A DNA stretch of 64,000 nt from Ylistrum balloti. Its lineage: Eukaryota. Shown piece after piece: positions 60,601 to 64,000 of this stretch. Location: assembly GCF_031769215.1 (NCBI RefSeq), contig NW_026782260.1:2666001-2730000 (forward strand), given 5' to 3'. A program made the translations under genes and the position numbers. The notes beneath the pieces were generated by a model, which saw only the letters and a list, made by a program, of their open reading frames with translations, searched no databases and was not told the DNA's origin. Positions within the stretch are counted from its first letter, which is position 1, and each line of letters starts with the position of its first letter.

Positions 60601-62039
60601 ACTGCTGTTATTGTTCTGTTGGAGTGAACCGTCCACTGTTGTTATTGTTCTGTAGGAGTGGACCATCCACTGCTGTTATTGTTCTGTAGAAGTGAACGGT
60701 CCACTGCTGTTATTGTTCTGTAGGAGTGGACCGTCCACTGCTGTTATTGTTCTGTAGGAGTGTACGGTCCACTGCTGTTATTGTTCTGTAGAAGTGAACG
60801 GTCCACTGCTGTTATTGTTCTGTAGGAGTGGATGAGTGAACCGTCCATTGTCGTTATTGTCGATAACATAGAAAGATAATCCTTCTTCGCCTGAGGTGCA
60901 GCAGTTATCATTTGTATACGACATGTGCCGGTTATAGCCACGGGTTAAATATCCCCCGCTCACGGCAGCGTGCCGATTTGATCTATAACCTTGTAAATAT
61001 GTTGTATTTTTGATAGAGCACATTGACATTTCACATGTCGGATAAATATGTGGTAATATAACATACCTTCATCGCCATGGTCACACACAATCCATTTATC
61101 TGCTCGCATGTCGTAGCTTTCCATGACATTTGTAGGTGATCCACCGCTCCAACCCCCAACGACAAACATCACCTCGTGCGGTACGCGTGGACGCGCGAGC
61201 GGGTTTGTAATGTCGAGGTCCTTATCCTCATCCATGTCCAAATCATACAGGAACTTGAGTGTTTCAATGACCAGAGGCTTACACTGGTCATTTTCCTTGA
61301 TATACGGGTGAGATTTGACCTTCTCAACAAAATATTGAGTAGACAGCAACCCTAAACGGACGGTCCGAAGCAAAACAGAAATGTGACACTTTCGGTTTGT
61401 AGGATCGCAATCAATCCACCGTAAAATTGACATAAAAGCCATTTCTTCATTCTTCACATTTAGATCGTCAGAAGACAATATTTCACACACATCTTCAACA
61501 CTGAGATCAGTATATTCTTTACTAATGGCCACGACCTCACTGAAGTTATGCATCATATATCGGTAGGATATCCGCTCAAGGTTCGGACAGAAATAGTAAC
61601 GGGCAAAATTATGGATGCCAATGCAATTTGCCGCTTCCAGTTCCCCGGCGAGGAAATCACAACAGCGTCTGACCAGACCGTGGACCAGAAATTGGTCTGC
61701 AGCCGGAAGTAGATACTCCACATTACTCTCATTGATCTTGGCACGTCGGGTGTATGCGTAGTCAATGATGATCTGCATGATATCGGCTGTTACTCCCGGA
61801 ATATCTACCTCACGCCGTTCGACTACGTCAAACGCATTCGTGAACAATGCCCGGAAGTAGGGACTACTAGCCGACATAATGGCTCTGTGGATGGGAAATT
61901 CCTGTTGCTCGACTCTTATAACAGCGTCGCACAGCTGACCGAATCTCCTCAGTTCATCAAAGATCAGACACGAGTGGGTACTGAACCGTTTGCCCAATTC
62001 TGTGGTATTCGTGGTGCTTTCGCATTCTTCAATTTCCAT
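54665..62039 (-). CDS. KLHL10: Kelch-like protein 10 (BTB-BACK-Kelch, Cullin-3 adaptor)
   Basis: Exons 62039-61067, 59392-59245, 58928-58759, 56962-56691, 55113-55022, 54800-54665. All GT-AG, phases consistent. KLHL10-type motifs: TNPLARPRVP, GGWSGGSPTN, PRAYHG, QRSDASATTL, VYICGGFNGQECL, MYNPRSNFGVEV, DMNIYRSALS. Confidence 0.93.
55230..55400. repeat. ~37-bp repeat with C-tracts in KLHL10 intron 4
   Basis: Recurrent CATTTCACATTTTTAAGACCACACCCCCACCC. Confidence 0.8.
55790..56708. repeat. 27-bp minisatellite derived from the KLHL10 exon 4 / intron 4 junction
   Basis: - strand unit AACTTTGGTGGGGAG|GTTAACAAGTGT, compared with the exon end AACTTTGGTGTAGAG|GTAAACGAGTGT. Confidence 0.96.
59500..60860. 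repeat. 34-bp palindromic minisatellite in KLHL10 intron 1
   Basis: Unit GGAGTGGACCGTCCACTGCTGTTATTGTTCTGTA, with the inverted repeat AGTGGAC-N-GTCCACT. Confidence 0.97.
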
Positions 62040-62151
62040 TTTTTTGAGAAAGGTTGTTTCCAGCAATTTTTACTTCACATGTGGAGATGCACCCCCGCCC
62101 CTGTCCTGAAGTTCGCCTGATCGTCGTCAAGCAGACAATAATCTGTGTTTA

Positions 62152-62190
62152 TGACGTCAAAATGCATTCCATTATAATATCATGACGTCA
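62152..62190. promoter_or_regulatory. Two perfect CRE palindromes (TGACGTCA) upstream of KLHL10
   Basis: TGACGTCA at 62152-62159 and 62183-62190, about 110-150 bp upstream of the ATG at 62039. Confidence 0.55.
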
Positions 62191-62979
62191 TCAGTTGGCT
62201 AGCTTTACGACGCCTTCAGCATTCGTACATAGTTATTGTGATATTTCAGTAATTTTTATAAGAATTTAAATTAGCAATACAAGTACAGTCTAGAAGTGAG
62301 CGCAATGCGTTCAATAATACGATATGCAGATTTAACAAACAGGTTTATGAGTCAGCGTTCTTGTCGATATTCAATGTTTCTAATTTGACGCAATATTGGA
62401 AGAAATTATAAATTTGGTAGTACCCAGTGTCTAACGCGGCAGTATTTTGGTATAATATTGTTTTAGTATCATTCTGTGTTTATACATATTGTTACTGACA
62501 GCAACAGTTATAAGCTACAGTGTAGCCTTAATATGAATTCATGCTTGTAGACTATAGTGAAGTAAAAAATGGGGGAGTTATCTCCCTTGGTTGGATCTGA
62601 CTCGACACGACAGCATTATTTCTTGACTTCCAAAGTATATAGATGTGTTCTCCAATATTGAGTAACTCCGCAGTACAACTTGTTGGGTCAGTGTGTAACA
62701 TAAATACACAATTCTCTACAATATCACTGCGCTGAAAGTCTCGGGTACATTTCAATTTAATTTTGCATGCACTGTCACAATAAATCACATACTTAGAAAT
62801 TAGTTAATTCCGATTCGTCGCACCAGTTTCCTTGATTTTAGGACCTGGAAAAAGTCACATTGTTTTCACTTAGAATGACAAAATTGGAATTAACACCAGG
62901 TCTGAGTCGGGAGATTGTCGGTCTGTATAATTATTTTTCTGTAATTACAGTCGGTCTAAATAGAAGGAAAAAATCGAAA

Positions 62980-64000
62980 GTCTACTGACTAGTAGAAGTC
63001 CTGTGTTATTATCGAGGGATAACACCTATCTACTGACTAGTAGAAGTCCTGTGTTATTATCCAGGGATATACCTATCTACTGACTAGTAGAAGTCATGTG
63101 TTATTATCGAGGGATAACACCTATCTACTGACTAGTAGAAGCCTTGTGTTATTATCCACGGATAACACCTATCTACTGACTAGTAGAAGTGTTGTGTTAT
63201 TAATTAGAGATAACACCTATCTACTGACTAGTAGAAGTCTTGTGTTATTATCCAGGGACATACCTATCTACTGACTTGTAGAAGTCCTGTGTTATTATTC
63301 AGGGAAAGTACCTATCTACTGACTAGTAGAAGTCCTGTGTTATTATCGAGGGATAACACCTATCTACTGACTAGTAGAAGTCCTGTGTTATTATCCAGGG
63401 ATATACCTATCTACTGACTAGTAGAAGTCATGTGTTATTATCGAGGGATAACACCTATCTACTGACTAGTAGAAGCCTTGTGTTATTATCCACGGATAAC
63501 ACCTATCTACTGACTAGTAGAAGTGTTGTGTTATTAATTAGAGATAACACCTATCTACTGACTAGTAGAAGTCTTGTGTTATTATCCAGGGACATACCTA
63601 TCTACTGACTTGTAGAAGTCCTGTGTTATTATTCAGGGAAAGTACCTATCTACTGACTAGTAGAAGTCCTGTGTTATTATCCAGGGATAACACCTATCTA
63701 CTGACTAGTAGAAGTCCTGTGTTATTATCCAGTGATAGTACTTATCTACCGACTAGTAGAAACCATGTGTTATTATCCAGGGATAACACCTATCTACTGA
63801 CTTGTAGAAGTCATGTGTTATTATCCAGGGATAGTACCTATCTACTGACTTGTAGATGTCCTGTGTTATTATCCAGGGATAACACCTATCTACTGACTTG
63901 TAGAAGTCCTGTGTTATTATCCAGGGATAACACCTATCTACTGACTTGTAGAAGTCATGTGTTATTATCCAGGGATAGTACCTATCTACTGACTAGTAGA
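62980..64000. repeat. 48-bp double-hairpin minisatellite running off the window end
   Basis: Unit CTATCTACTGACTAGTAGAAGTCCTGTGTTATTATCCAGGGATAACAC. A 7-unit block is duplicated at an offset of 334 bp. Confidence 0.97.

Overview
AT-rich, intron-rich animal DNA. The gene set and repeat families point to a bivalve mollusc, probably oyster-like (inference). Four spliced genes can be rebuilt by hand with consistent splice sites and phases. (1) The 3' part of an E75/Rev-erb (NR1D) nuclear receptor, + strand, 2183-13008, with both heme ligands and a ~700-aa tail after the LBD. (2) CCDC14, + strand, 30747-42556. (3) A predicted secreted VWA / Thr-rich linker / VWA protein, - strand, 52118-45651. (4) KLHL10, - strand, 62039-54665. 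The rest holds more than 20 minisatellite arrays, Helentron-type non-autonomous elements, a fold-back MITE and a decayed DIRS retrotransposon. The most unusual pattern is that several arrays are tandem amplifications of functional gene junctions. Three copy splice donors (E75 10652, CCDC14 40764, KLHL10 56690), one copies an acceptor (E75 9263) and one sits on the stop codon of the VWA gene. Two more fill introns with acceptor-like units. These create ladders of competing splice sites with specific, testable isoform predictions. No prokaryotic features or CRISPR arrays are present. All homology calls come from recalled motifs, not database searches.
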